Source: Psammoneis japonica (lineage: Eukaryota). From it: a DNA stretch of 64,000 bases. Made by a program: the position numbers and the translations under genes. Below the pieces are notes generated by a model, which was not told the DNA's origin, did not search any database, and saw only the letters and a program-made list of their open reading frames with translations. The DNA is taken from positions 372,001 through 436,000 of the forward strand of contig QPGO01000042.1 in the NCBI GenBank assembly GCA_008632985.1, written 5' to 3'. Below are positions 11,401 through 24,275 of the stretch, piece after piece. Each line of letters starts with the position of its first letter. The stretch's first letter is position 1.

Positions 11401-13418
11401 CTCCACTCCAGAAGCTGCAAGAAGAGGAGGAGAAGGGATTTCGAAGCCTACCTGAAGAGCAACAGAAGATGGCTTATGCCAGAGATGGGAAAAAGTCAGA
11501 GACCGGAGAGGCCGATGGTGTGTCGGCAGAGAAAGAAACGTGCGCTGATCTCAGCGTTTTGCCTCCGTTACTAAGCGAGGAAAAACTGGAACAGAAGGAG
11601 GCGTTGCTCTCTGAAGGCTTTGCAGAATGGGGAAGGCAGCACTATTCTGCATTTGTCAAAGCCAGTGCCAAGTTCGGGCGAAACAACTTCGAAAAAATCT
11701 CACCAGAGGTAGGAAAGCCGCAGAGTGCGGTGGAGGAGTACGCCGCAGCATTTTGGGACGAGAACGTGGGAAAGAAGCGATTCTCTGAACATGAATACGA
11801 ACGCGTGGTAAAGTTGATTGAGCGAGGAGAGCGAAAGATTGAGGAGATTAAAGGGCTTGAGCGAGCCACGGATGTTCTTGTATCTCTCTTCGACAACCCT
11901 TGGGCTGAACTAGAGTTCATTCACGTGAATTGCAAAGACAAAATGTTCAGTGTTGACGAAGATCGACACTTACTCTGCTGGACACGAAAGGTGAGAATCA
12001 ACCAATGGTATGATGTCGCTTACAATGTAAGACATTGAAAACTGATTTCTGTGGCGTTTCCTGTATTCCTTCAACTGAAAGTATGGATACGGCCAATGGG
12101 GTGCTGTTAAGCTGGCAATACGACGAAGCCCCGATTTTCGTTTCGATTATTTCCTCCGCAGCTTGCCAGTGGAACTTGTCGGGAGGAGGTGCGAACAACT
12201 AATGAAGGCGGCAGAACGCGAAGTTGAACAGCTAGAGAGATCTGTGCGAGAGGAGTTGGGGTTGCCCCCAGCAGACGAGAAGAAAGATGAAGAAGTGACC
12301 AATGACTCTGTAGAGCGTCAACCGGTAAGCGGTGATCAATCACAATCTCTCCCGATTGAGATTCCAATGTACAAAGTGGCAATGGCGAGGAAGAGAGTCG
12401 AGACTCAGAAGGCCGCAGAATCAGAAAGAAAAGAGCTAGAACGAAAGGTAGAAGATATCGAGAGAGATATGCGCAACATACAAGAACGTTTGAAACAGTT
12501 GCAAGAACACAGCAAGGAGCAAGATGTTGGCACCTCCTTGTTGACAGCTGAGTTTCCAGACGAACTAGTTCCCAACTTAGCGAATCTTCTGGCTAGAAGT
12601 GGTCCAGCTGGGATGGTGTCGGTTGCGAATTCCTTCTCTTCTGAGCATCCAGGGCGAGTAAGTAAGAGAAAGATTTGTTCCAAGATCGAGGATATTGCCG
12701 TGAAGGAGAAACGTGAAGAAGATGGCGACACAAAGCCCATGTGGTATGTACGAGAAGAGTACGCACATTTGCTTGACGCCGACACCCTGCGACACATGCG
12801 AGAAGCTAAGGAAGAAAGGCTTCAGAAGATGCAAGAGAGCAAGGCAGATAGCGTGGACTCAGGCGGAATCGACGATGAAGACCAAGCCGATGAGGCTGAC
12901 TTCAATGAAAATAGCGGATGCGTAGGTCCAGATGGAACTTTCGTTTTGTTTCCCGAGTACGACGGTAAAGAGCCTCCCCGGGAGTGCAAAAAAGCTTTTA
13001 CTCATTTCTGCAATGCCACAAGAAAAGAAATTAAGGCCGCGCTTGATCCTTCTGTGCGGAAGGACAAGGTACGTAACCAAGCGTTGTCGCGCTGCTTCTT
13101 CTGTCGTTCTTCTACATCATCTCATTCGTTTCAAACTATCTTTAGAAAAAGGTTAACTCGATGTTGAAGCAAAAGTGGTTCTCACTAACGGAAGACGAGA
13201 AGAGTAAATGGAAAAAATGGGAAGCGTGGGATGCAAAGCGATTTGATCGCGATGCGGCGATACACGAGAAGTACGACATTACGCAACATGCTTCTGCGGC
13301 TAAAGCTGTTGAAAATACAACACAAAATGCAGTGTCGCAGATGCACATTCCTAAGAAGCGGACGGGGGATGCAGCGACAGGTTTGTCTTCTATTCCAAAA
13401 AAGAGGCGATCGTCGTGA
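8404..13418 (+). CDS. ISWI/SMARCA5-type SNF2 chromatin-remodelling ATPase with HAND-SANT-SLIDE and N- and C-terminal HMG-box-like regions
   Basis: Motifs [62 protein letters not shown] and a SLIDE-like FRFDYFLRS. Introns 9455-9536 (GC-AG), 10718-10795, 11991-12081, 13069-13145. Two apparent 1-bp deletions (~9617, ~10052). Confidence 0.93.
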
Positions 13419-13545
13419 CGGGAAAAAATTTCTGTTCATTGAATTCAGTTCTATTTTCCAACCCGCCAATGCCTTTCTTTGAGCAAAAATCTCAAATAAT
13501 CATCTGTTTTTAACCGTCTCCTGTGCAATGAGAACTCGTTGAATT

Positions 13546-16500
13546 TCAAATCTTCTTTGCAGCTAACTGGATCAGAAATTTCAATCCTCGTAGCCAATCC
13601 TTGTTGTCTTTCCAAACACTGTTTGCGAGTCCGGATTGAATTGACGTGGCCGTCTGGTAGTCGCGGTTTCGAAGCGCCGTAACTAGTGTGATCATTTGAC
13701 TAGCCACTCCAGGTGCTATTTCCCCGTACGAGAGCTTCTTTGTCAGGATTCCTACCGCTTTCTCACCTTCCGAGAGCTGGCGTTTGTCAGTGGCTGAAAG
13801 AACAGTCGTCGAAGCAAGCGCGTCAATAACTTCTAAAAACCCGTCCGATATTGGCTGGTGCTCAGCGCTGAGCGTAGGAGGCTGGCTTGCTTCAACCGAT
13901 TCTGGTACGGAAGAGGCCTTATCTCCAAGGACAGCACGAGCTGTTCCGGGCCTCTCGGCGCCGGTATATGGATTGCTACATGTGACAAGAAGAACAGTTA
14001 GTACGGATTCCGCAACTTTGCGCGTCCGTTCGAGATTTCCAATGCACGGCATTCACTGACCTTGTCCCAACGTTTCCGTATTGCTGAGCCAATTCGGGAT
14101 GGCTCGCTGAAGTAACGAAACCGTCTCCATACTTTGATGCCATAGCGACGGGAGTCGATGTGCCTGAATTCCCATTGACGCCATTGGCAGGTTGCTGTTG
14201 TGGAAAAGAGACGTTCTGTTGTGCGGGCGATGCCACAGGAGCAGCTTGAGGCAATTCCAAGTAGTTTCACCAGTAGTTTGGTTTGCGTAGTACGTTCTCC
14301 CACTGGATGGATCCTGTAGAGCCATCCATCCAGGGGGCAATTGGCTTGTGGCGCTCTGAGAAGCGAAACGGACGAGAGTTAAAAACATGGACGCAACCCA
14401 AAGAAATTTCCTGTACAGGCAAACCCTGACATAACGTACCTGAGGAGTCGCCTGCTGGGTGGCTTGAGCCCGACTTTGTGTGTTGGACGCCGGAACAGCA
14501 GTTACGGGATGCGCTTGTGTCTGCTGAGGTTGCCGTGATGGGCGGGCTCTCTCACTCGACGAGGAGTCAGCTGGAGCCTTCTTCACGCTTTGCAGCGAAA
14601 ATGGAAATTCTGGAGGCGAGCCAAGTGCAGCTGCACAACGATAGTGCTCTCTACTCCTGTAGAGTCTGTCACGGAGTACTTTGCTTCCTTGAGATGTTCC
14701 TCTTTACACGGAGAAAAAAGGAGAAAAAGACCTTAGCTTGATTGATGCAAGGAAAGAGAAAGGATTGATGATCGAAAATGACCGTAAACTCACCTGCAAT
14801 ACTTCGCTGAAGTAACTAACAAACCTTGGTCAGCGAGGGCTTTCGAATACGTTGTAAAAAGCTCTCCGATATCAGGAGCCAAAGATGCTGATGGTTCCAT
14901 TGCATTCAGAAACACAGTCACTTTCACAACAAAGTCATGAAAGGCCATGAGGTCGGGCAACTCCTGCGACTGTGAGAAACAAATAAGAGGACTTGTCAGA
15001 GAAAGAATACACGGTACGTTGGACGGATTCGAGCCCTGATGTTCAACGTACCTTGTTCGCATAGTCGAGTTGCGCCCGCCAGTGTTTAGCTGCTTGGTCT
15101 AAATTCAACGCGCACATGTAACAAAGTGATGCATTAGCCGCGTCGCCGTTCGTTTCCAAGCGGTCTCCGAGAGCGACGCAGAGATTGGGAAATTTGTCAG
15201 ACGCTCCATAGGTGGATAGGATGGCAAGAGTTTCTTGCCAACGTGCAGTGTCAGACGATGCAACCAGCTCCTCGAGCTGAAAAAGATAGGAATAAAAATG
15301 CAAGGTGTGAGCCAGGCTACAACATCGTGCAAAAAGACCTAACCCGACAGCACGGACCTGATCGTGAATAATGGCGCTGACAATAGAGAGAAATGGGCGC
15401 TTCCCAGCCTCCAATTCAAAGTATCTGGCTTGAGTCTTTGTCCAGAGCTCGGCGCCACCGCACGATGCGAGAACAAGCGCATCTGCTAAGTTGCCGGTTC
15501 GGAAACAGCATTCGACAGCGGCTTCAAAATTTCCAACAAGTAGGGCATCTTGAACTGCCTTTCCGGCATTTTTTGTCTGGAAACACACAAGACCCGGAAA
15601 CAAGGTGAGACAAAAAGATTCGGAAATAACTTTAAATAGCACAGTCACGTTGATAAAATCTCACCATTTGAGAAGCTTGCGGCTTGTCTTCGACAGACAT
15701 GGTAGATATACCATTGGATAAATCCTCGCTGTACTCCATAGCCGCTTGAGATATGGCATCCTTATGAAATCCTAAATGACCTAACAACTGCTCACGAGCA
15801 TTAGCCTCTGCGTGAACAGCACACAAAGAGAAGGTAGGAAAGACATCATTTTGTTAAGGAGACAATTGGGCAATACAGAGAATCTCGCAAGATGCCAAGG
15901 ACTTACCAAATATGATTTGCATGAAAGACCAAACCTGAGCTTCGTGCGCGTCGTTTCTACTTCGTGCTTTTGCCACAAGAGATCTGCAAAATCCAATGAC
16001 GTCGTTGGACGCAATTGCCGATTCAAATGTTCGCGACGCTTCCATCAGATCGGGTTGTTCTACAACCGTTTTAATGCTTACAGTCTGAAATACACAAACG
16101 CAAGTCTGTTGGTTAGGCTATGAAGTCAAAGTCCACGGTGTAATTGAAAGCGACACTTCGTTCTCACCTTGTCAGACGAAGAAAAGCACACAATAGACCC
16201 TCCAAAGGCACAAGAGACACCGCTGCTGGGTTTGAGCCACTTTGGAGGTCGTCCGCATTTCTACGTAGAAAAGCGAGAAAGGGATAAGAAAAATGAGATG
16301 GACGTTTCGAGGCGTTGTCGGTTCTAGGTATGCGCGCATTGTACTGTACCGTTGCCAACCCAATCACAGAGTGCGCCTGCACTTTTCTATCAAAAGAGCA
16401 CGTGGACACGACTCCACGCGTCAGCGGTGACCACTGAACGTCGTATCGCTTCTGCTGCGACGAGCTCAGTCCTCCACCGTACAACCCCGAAGCTGAATTT

Positions 16501-17678
16501 TGCATTGCTGCCGTTGGATCGGCGTCTTCTGTGGGTTCATCGTTTGGAATGTCCGCGATTGGTTTCAACGTAAAAAGATCCCACAAGATGGTGCGGTTGT
16601 CCTTCCCACATCTAAGCAAAAGACATGAAACGTCAGTTGTTGAGACGACAAGTCGGGAAGGAAATGTGGTCCGTAAAGGTGCGAGCAACTCTACGTTGCC
16701 ATACTCACGATACAAGGAGCGAGTCATCATGCGGACACCACGCCAAACTCATTATTCCTTGAGTGTGACCAGCTAAAGTGGCAAGTGGCATGGATGTGGA
16801 TGCCCTCAAGTCCCATAGTTTAAGAACGGGGTTTCGATCATCCGCCGATGCAGTGATAATGTGCAGTCCCTGAGTTGGATTCCAGGCCAGGTCCGACACG
16901 GCAACTCCGGCTGTTTCGCATCTCAGATTACACCATGGTTTCTTCGATTTTAAATCCCAAACTACAACACTCCCATCCCGTGCCGACGAAGCAACAATAT
17001 GCGGCACCTGTGTGTTCCAAGAAACCTGTGTAATTTCAGCTCCCTGACTAGGTTGGTCTTCTGATGGTACATAGACGTGCGGCTGATCAGGTGTATCCAA
17101 GGAGGTGATAAGAACGTCCCCTTTACTCCCCCCTGTGGCAAGCAAATTGGCTGATGCTGGATGAGGATTGAACTGCAAACCGGAAACCGCGCCACCCGAG
17201 TGCTGCGAGATTGAGGCTACGAGTGGATCCTTCTGCTCAGCGATTGCCTGCGGGTTCCACACGTGAACGATCCCGTCATTCATTCCACCCGCAAGTAACC
17301 CCATGCGATATCGACTGGCAACAGAGCCGGTACCCGCAGTCCAACCGATCCTGGAGAAGCGAGTCGTCGTCTTGACGCTACCAAGGACCTTGGGCGTCGC
17401 CTCCGAGGCATCCGAGCCGGTGAAATTCAGGTCGTACAACTCAAGCTCAGCGCCATAGTCGTCAAACCCAACTCCACCTGAGTCCTGACATGTTTACAAT
17501 TACAACCCAAAACAACAATTACCGCTCTGTCAGTACGAACAATGTTATTTCCGGCTCGCACCAGACGGTCATTGACCCCGCTTACCTTGGTACCCAATGC
17601 AAGCACATTGGCGTGAGCAGCGATAGGACTCCAGGCAACCGCAGCTCCTCGATCTTCAATTTGAGTAATTCTCGTCAT
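13546..17678 (-). CDS. SEC31: COPII coat protein Sec31 (WD40 N-terminus, ACE1 helical region, Pro/Gln-rich linker with WW domain, C-terminal helical domain); multi-exon
   Basis: AVAWSP, WNPTQG..TASADDRNPVLKLWDLR, GHTQGIMSLAWCPHD, ALLVGNFEAAVECC, WQETLAILSTY and C-terminal W..GLKFLI. Several GT-AG introns. One apparent 1-bp deletion near 14257. Confidence 0.88.
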
Positions 17679-18117
17679 GAGGACAAAGGCGTTGTCGACA
17701 CTAAAGGATCTACGACAGCTGAACTCTCTTGAACGACAGCGCAGTTCGTCCGTAATGTCTTTGTTGCCTCCTCCCGTTTGTGAAGCGCTGGTGTTTGTTT
17801 TCCAGTTGCTTCCGACCTCACTGCCGAGAAAGATTTCGTATGAATACAAGTATACGTTCCCGAAAGCAGTTATTTCAATCCGAGGTGCTGACGTAATTTA
17901 GTCGAAGTATTCCATCAAATCGAAAACTCATAACCTTTCGGCAAGAAACAAAAAAAATGAAAAGCGAAAGGTGATGCTGGTCTATCTGGTCGGTCGTGTG
18001 TGTTGGTCTGTTTTCAAGTCTTGGATGCCTTGGAGAGAAGTCAGTGACGGCATCCTATTGAAATCGGTCTTATTTCGAGAACAGCGTCAAAAATGTTGGT
18101 GTCTATAAAGCGTAATT

Positions 18118-19644
18118 ATGGAAGAAACGAGAGACATAGAAAGTGAATCGCCTCCGTCGCTTGCTTCAGACACGGAGCAAGAACTCCATCGCTGCTATCC
18201 AAAACTACGGGGACAGCCACTTTACGGGGGGAATCGCGAGGCTTTAGGATGGGCATTGGACTCGGTGGGCCGATCCGTCGCCTTTATTTGCGCCGGGGCT
18301 TTTCTTGGAACAGCACTTCTTAGACTGGCGAAACTAGATGCGGGATGCGAAGTCGACCCACCCGAGGGAGAGACCGAGGTTCCCGAATGCAACGGAAAGG
18401 TGTATGGGATTCGTCCTTCTTCCTTACTCACCACTTACACGATCATTATTGGCCTCTTGTCGGCTTCGCTCATGCCTCTCATGGGCGCAGTTGTAGACTA
18501 CACACCCCACCGCAGAAGGATTGCCAGAATCACTTCGATTGCCTTTTGTGTTCTGCTGGTACCTCAAGTATTTGTTGCTCAAGAGACTTGGTTCGCAATT
18601 GCCGTTATTCATGTTGTTTCAACTTTTATTGGATGGGCGCAGAGTATGATCACCTACGCATACCTACCAGAACTCACCACCGACAAAGCACTCTTGAACA
18701 AGTTTACTTCCAGTTTTACAGCCGTTCAGTTCCTAGCAATGGTTCTCTATCTTGTTATGATCTTGGGAATAGCAGCTCTTGCTGGTATCGGAGATGATGA
18801 AGTAGCTGTTGCTCGATTGGGACAGAGCGTGGTTGTGGTTGTATGCTCCCTGTTTCTTTGGCTTGCTTGGGGACATCTCATTCAAGCGCGCCCTGCTCTG
18901 AATACGCTCCCAGAAGGACGCTCAATATGGACTGCTGGATTCTACCAAATCTTTCACACCTCTGTTCGGATCTATCGTCACTTTCCTGCCCTCAAGTGGT
19001 TCTATATTGCTGTGGCTTTTTCCGATGCAGCTATCCAATCACTGGCGACAATCGCAATCACATACCTTACAGACCAGTTGGAATTCTCGTCGACGGAAAA
19101 CGGAATCGCCATACTAATTATGCTAATATCGAGTGTACCAGGTGGACTTGTTGCTGGATGGTACACGGCGAGATTTGGAAACGCAGTTCATAGTTCCATT
19201 TGGAGTACCGGGATTATAATCATTACAACAACACTCTTTGCAGTCTTTGCGACTGGACCTGGACAGCAGATACGTACTTATGTTTTTGCGGTTGGTTGGG
19301 GTTTGGGAACCGGTTGGAAGTGGACATCGGACAAGCTGCTATCCAGCACCATTATCCCTTCTGGTCAAGATGCTGAGCTAATGGGAATGTTCCTCTTTGC
19401 TGGACAGGTGTTAACGTGGATTCCACCTTTGGTTTTCACCGGATTGAACGAAGCAGGTGTGTCACAGAGAATTGGTATCGCCTCTCTCAATGTCTTCTGC
19501 CTTTTTGGGGTAGTAGCATATTTTCTCATGGGAAGCTACAAAGACGCAATCCAGTGGGCGGCTGCAAAAGACGAGGAGGAGAGATCGAATTCGGAGGACG
19601 CTTCGTCGACCGACCATGCGGCTGAATCGGATGTCGACACCTGA
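18118..19644 (+). CDS. MFS transporter, Atg22/UMF1-like vacuolar effluxer
   Basis: 508-aa single-exon ORF with ~12 hydrophobic segments, N-terminal REALGWALD, PLMGAVVD and AYLPEL motifs. Confidence 0.75.
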   Translation: MEETRDIESESPPSLASDTEQELHRCYPKLRGQPLYGGNREALGWALDSVGRSVAFICAGAFLGTALLRLAKLDAGCEVDPPEGETEVPECNGKVYGIRPSSLLTTYTIIIGLLSASLMPLMGAVVDYTPHRRRIARITSIAFCVLLVPQVFVAQETWFAIAVIHVVSTFIGWAQSMITYAYLPELTTDKALLNKFTSSFTAVQFLAMVLYLVMILGIAALAGIGDDEVAVARLGQSVVVVVCSLFLWLAWGHLIQARPALNTLPEGRSIWTAGFYQIFHTSVRIYRHFPALKWFYIAVAFSDAAIQSLATIAITYLTDQLEFSSTENGIAILIMLISSVPGGLVAGWYTARFGNAVHSSIWSTGIIIITTTLFAVFATGPGQQIRTYVFAVGWGLGTGWKWTSDKLLSSTIIPSGQDAELMGMFLFAGQVLTWIPPLVFTGLNEAGVSQRIGIASLNVFCLFGVVAYFLMGSYKDAIQWAAAKDEEERSNSEDASSTDHAAESDVDT

Positions 19645-19974
19645 CAAGTCCGCACACTTTTATCTTGGTTTTGCCAGTACTAATATAATGTTAAAAGAGG
19701 GTGATTGTTGAAGCCTTAACATACATAGTGTCTACTAATAGCTAGGATTCGGACACAAACACACATCTCTCTGTCTCTAGCTTTAGATCGCGCATCAACT
19801 AAAACAAACTTTCTACAAAACTCAGGAGATCGGACCCTCATATGCTAAAGAAGTAGTCATCCATTCGATCGATCTCATCGCGAGAAGTTCAAAGTAGATC
19901 AACTGCCTGCTGCCCGTGTGATTGAATGTGCGCGTTCCGTCGTCAGCACGCATTCTGAATTCCCGCGCCAACGA

Positions 19975-20350
19975 GCGGTTCAGCACGCGGACCATTGGAG
20001 CCAAACTGGCTGCCAATTCCAACTGATTGGGCCCCGTAAACATCTCGGACGGCATGATTTCTCCAAAAAACAAAACCAACGTGACAGAAAGGATCACAGC
20101 CACGTGGCTTCCTGCTGGCGAGTCAAAAAAGAGTGGAAGGGCTTCGTTGGCAATCGAATTCAAGAGCAAGAGTGATGCGAGTTGCAGGTGATGTTGCTTG
20201 ACAATCGGCAGCAGTCTCTGGGCCAGATGCTTTTCCTGGGGACTCGCCGCCACTCAAATCTTGATGTGAAGCAACAAAGGATTGATGCTGAGAAGTCCCA
20301 TGGTCAAGCCAGCAGCCAAGGCAGCCATCATGACACAGACAGCAGCCATT
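19975..20350 (-). pseudogene. CNNM/DUF21 transmembrane-domain gene fragment, frameshifted and TA-depleted
   Basis: AALAAGLTMGLLSI..., HHLQLASLLLLNSIANEALPLF, VILSVTLVLFFGEIMPS..FTGPNQL match the CNNM/DUF21 consensus. No downstream CBS domains are visible. Confidence 0.8.
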
Positions 20351-20899
20351 GAGGCGCTGCAAATGTAAAGCTGTTTTGTCCTTGTCAGTTGCCTCCTCCT
20401 CCACCAGGCAGCAAGCTCTGCTCCGATGAACATGGAGGAATCTCATCACCCAACATTTTGCACTTGCCAGCAGATTCTTTGTTTTTGTGACACAAAAACA
20501 TTGCACCCACGGATTCCAACAATGCAACAGCATCACGAACATCCTTGTCATCCGCTAAATCAGCATGTTGTGCTCAGGCATTGAATCACTTCGGCGTTGC
20601 ATTTTCTGGCGGCCGATGAACTGAGAATGCAACCAAGTCCACAGCAGCGATTCTGGCAAAAGAGAAGTGCCAATTGGTGGCGGCAATCACAAGTGGAAGC
20701 AGCAAGCAATTCCCAGCTGTTTGCTGCAGCATGAACATGAAACCGGGAGCTCCTCATCATCTTTTCATCACTGCTTGTGTGTGCCATTGGCAGGGGTCTG
20801 TGCCACGCAATGGACTGATGCACATGGACAACAGGGAGGTTGCTCAACAATTCACCTTTTAGAAGACTCTTCAGAATGACACCCAGCATTTTGCGCACA

Positions 20900-21160
20900 A
20901 AACTTGTGGAAAAGGCTTGATTCGATCAGATGCGTCTTTCTCTTCATCGGCCCAAAATGAGATCGCAAGAGAGAATGCAGGAACAGCTTCAGACAAGGGA
21001 TGGCATTCACACAAAAAGCAAAGCTCATGATGCTTGTCAGGATCGGAGCCAAAACCAACTGCCAATGCACAAAGCATCAAGTCCTTTGTTGTGTGGGTTG
21101 CCTTCAACTCGACCAAACGTCTCAAATCTGAGTTGACCGCTTCCATCACTGCCCATCTCA
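20900..21160 (-). pseudogene. Fragment resembling the N-terminus of an MFE-2/MaoC-type enoyl-CoA hydratase 2
   Basis: HTTKDLMLCALAVGFG...LCFLCE.HP...AVPAF resembles YT.RD..LYAL.VG...L.FLYE..P.F...PTF with Tyr replaced by His/Cys. Confidence 0.6.
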
Positions 21161-21678
21161 AGAATGCGCTTCTCTCTCTCTTCTTTGCTTGTCTGCACGA
21201 GAAACGAAAATCGATGACAAACCTTGTTGATCTTGCTGCGATGCCTCAGTGGATCACCTGCCCACAATCTCAAGGAATGGCTCGGCTCATGTCACACCGA
21301 ATGAGGCGCTGACGACAACTTAGTGCACTGGGAGTGTGGGTTAGCTTGTTGCCGGAGTTGCAGGGTGGAAGCGTAGCAGCACTTAAAATTAGATTTTGGG
21401 TTTTGTTTTAGCATGTACGGTAGGCTAGTAGAGTAGAGAGAGGTGCAACGTTCGCAACACCGTTCATGCTAGCTGCACACATGGTCATCGCAACGTTACC
21501 CCCTTGCAGTGACAACAGCGCGCTTTTCATGCTCGCATCGCGCATCGCCTCCAACAGAAAAATGGTGCTAACCTTACCGGTGAACCAACCAAACTCAAAA
21601 CAACAAGAAGACATTGGGTTGCTATCCCGACCTCCTTCTTCCCATCTCTCTTGCCCGACGATTTGAAGAATCTTCATC

Positions 21679-22992
21679 ATGGCTTCTGAGAAAGACCCGT
21701 CACAATTGATTCTGAACGATGATGTCGACAAGAACCAGAAGATTTTGGAATCCAACCCTCTGCCCTCCGATTCAACTGTGAGCGCTAATCCTCACATCCC
21801 TTCTGTCTCAGCATCGGCTGTGCTAGGAGAAAGTGCGTCGATGCCCGAGGGCACGCCACAGATTCGAGGACACTGCTTTTCTTCTGGTAAACAGACGTCT
21901 TCGGAGGATCTGCTCGATTCTATAATGGCGTCCATGCGTACCACAGGCTTTCAAGCCACCAACGTCGGACTTGCCATCGAACAAATCGAACAGATGCGGA
22001 ACTGGCGGTTGAGTTCCGTCCCTTTTAAAGAGGGAGACGACGCGGCTCTCCGACCTCCAGAAGTAAGAGATCGGATCAGGGCACGAATCTTTTTCTCGTA
22101 TACTTCCAATCAGATTAGCTGCGGACAGCGTGAGGTCATTCGATTCCTGGTACAAAACAGAATGGTGGACGTTTTAGTAACAACTGCGGGTGGGATTGAA
22201 GAGGATCTTATAAAGTGCTTTCAACCGACCTTTCTCGGAGACTTTAAGCTAAATGGAAGGGAACTTAGAAAGAAGGGTATCAATCGAATTGGAAATCTAT
22301 TAGTTCCCAACAAGAACTACTGCCAGTTTGAGGATTGGGTGGCACCGCTTATTAACAAGATGCACGATGAGCAAGACGAGGCGTGGCTGGAGTGGGCCAA
22401 GACTGTTGCTAACCAAGCCGAGTCCCCTAAAAGCGATGATCAACTACCGCCGAAATTTGTTTGGACGCCTTCCAAAGTAATCGAGCGATTGGGACACGAA
22501 ATCAACAACGAGGAAAGCGTCCTCTACTGGGCAGCAAAAAATGAAATTCCTGTATTTTGTCCGGCTCTTACTGACGGCAGTGTCGGGGATATGCTTTATT
22601 TTCATTCCTACAAACGCCCAGGCTTTGTATTGGACACGAATCTCGACATTCGAAGGATCAATGATTTGGCGGTCAAAAGCCATGCCACCGGTATGATCAT
22701 TTTGGGTGGAGGACTAGTGAAACACCACACGTGCAATGCAAACCTGATGAGAAATGGCGCAGATTATTCTGTGTATATCAACACCGGACAAGAATTTGAT
22801 GGGAGTGACAGTGGAGCGTCTCCAGACGAGGCAATAAGTTGGGGCAAGATAAGAATCACAGCAAAGCCAGTGAAGGTATGTGCAGATGCCACCATTGTGT
22901 TCCCTCTTATTGTTAGCCAGACGTTCGCTAAAGATGTGGACGGATGGAAGGAAAGAACAAAGGACAGCGTGTGCTTTGTTGATGACCTTTAG
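21679..22992 (+). CDS. DHPS: Deoxyhypusine synthase
   Basis: [82 protein letters not shown]. Confidence 0.97.
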   Translation: MASEKDPSQLILNDDVDKNQKILESNPLPSDSTVSANPHIPSVSASAVLGESASMPEGTPQIRGHCFSSGKQTSSEDLLDSIMASMRTTGFQATNVGLAIEQIEQMRNWRLSSVPFKEGDDAALRPPEVRDRIRARIFFSYTSNQISCGQREVIRFLVQNRMVDVLVTTAGGIEEDLIKCFQPTFLGDFKLNGRELRKKGINRIGNLLVPNKNYCQFEDWVAPLINKMHDEQDEAWLEWAKTVANQAESPKSDDQLPPKFVWTPSKVIERLGHEINNEESVLYWAAKNEIPVFCPALTDGSVGDMLYFHSYKRPGFVLDTNLDIRRINDLAVKSHATGMIILGGGLVKHHTCNANLMRNGADYSVYINTGQEFDGSDSGASPDEAISWGKIRITAKPVKVCADATIVFPLIVSQTFAKDVDGWKERTKDSVCFVDDL

Positions 22993-23153
22993 AAAGTTGT
23001 CGGGAGGGTTGGTGAAGAGATGATTTATAAATTGTAACATGTCATACACATACTTGCAACCGTAGCGAATTTTCCTGCTTGAGTAAAATAGAAACACCAA
23101 TCGATCGACGCCTCTTTTACCAACTATTGTGGCGTTTATCAGATCGAAAACAT

Positions 23154-24275
23154 TCACGTGCATGCTCCACAGCAGCTGCATGTCACCTTTCCGCAGTCGT
23201 ATGTGAATACGGCGGGCACCCCTCCCTGAACGCAAACACTGTCAAGCTCACCCTCCAAATTGTTTTCGGAAAGACGGAGAATAGATAGGGAACCCAAAGA
23301 GAATAATTCAATTGGGATTCCTCCTGAAAAGTTATTCTGGTTGAGCGTAAGGACCCTTAGTCCCGATGCTAGGGCAGCCGACGAGTTGTCGCTTTCAAGC
23401 AAGACACCGAGGCTGCCATCGAGCTCATTTCCGTGAAGTTCGACGACTTCTAGGGACGGAATTGTCAACAGGCCTCGGGGTAGCGGGCCTGTCAAATCGT
23501 TATCATGAATCTCGAGGTGAACTAAGGACTTGAACTCCGCAAAGCACTGAGGGATCGAGCCAACAAGAAAGCCGTTACCCATGTCCAGATGCTCAAGGTT
23601 GTCTCCTAACAAACATAGCTCCGACGGAATTGTGCCTGCAAGGTTGTTCAAGGCCAACTGAATTTTCCTAACAGCGTTACGTTGACCCGACGCACGGCAC
23701 TCCTCAACGCCATACCAGCTACATTCATCAGAAGAGAAGCCATCCCACCCGACATTCTCGATCCATCCATCTGGAGTGGTGCTGAAGTACAAAGTCATGA
23801 GAGCATACCGCTGTAGCACTCGAAACTCATCAAGTGGCTCTGAAAATTCTCTCGTCAACTGACGGAACGCTTGACCTTGAGGTGTGGTATCATCTAGGAG
23901 AGTTTCTTCCGGCGTGTGGGGCTTCAGGAGCTCCAAGAGGGCATCGTCTTCTTCCGGCACGCCCTTGGCAGTTGGCGGTGCTTCATCTCCTTTATCATCC
24001 TTACCCGTGAGAGTTACCGCTAGAGCAATGGCAATTGCTGCAATGGCAAGAAGTAGGAGAATAAGCAATGCCCACTTCTTTCGGCTCTTTCGCTCAGGCT
24101 TCTCTGCCTCTGCAGCAGCACTCTCTTTCTCGTCAGCGGCCTTGACGGCCTCAAAAGCGGCAAGACCCACTTCCATATATTCACCACTACTCTCACTGGT
24201 GTCTTCCTTAGTACCAGCGGGCTCTTCAGACTGCGTTGAGTCTGCGTCTCGCTTTGACGACTTGGGGAAGGCCAT
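23154..24275 (-). CDS. Single-TM leucine-rich-repeat protein of the expanded diatom type
   Basis: TM segment WALLILLLLAIAAIAIALAV, TPQGQAF..L, QRYALMTLYFST, ECSWYGVEC, plant-like LRRs (NNLAGTIPSEL) and C-terminal DC..V.CSCC. Start taken at the first ATG (MAFPKS). Confidence 0.85.
   Translation of the reverse strand: MAFPKSSKRDADSTQSEEPAGTKEDTSESSGEYMEVGLAAFEAVKAADEKESAAAEAEKPERKSRKKWALLILLLLAIAAIAIALAVTLTGKDDKGDEAPPTAKGVPEEDDALLELLKPHTPEETLLDDTTPQGQAFRQLTREFSEPLDEFRVLQRYALMTLYFSTTPDGWIENVGWDGFSSDECSWYGVEECRASGQRNAVRKIQLALNNLAGTIPSELCLLGDNLEHLDMGNGFLVGSIPQCFAEFKSLVHLEIHDNDLTGPLPRGLLTIPSLEVVELHGNELDGSLGVLLESDNSSAALASGLRVLTLNQNNFSGGIPIELFSLGSLSILRLSENNLEGELDSVCVQGGVPAVFTYDCGKVTCSCCGACT

Noticed and set aside
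9610..14260. Frameshifts in ISWI (~9617, ~10052) and Sec31 (~14257) as pseudogenisation or programmed frameshifting
   Set aside because: These are single missing bases in short runs within otherwise intact conserved genes, most likely assembly errors.
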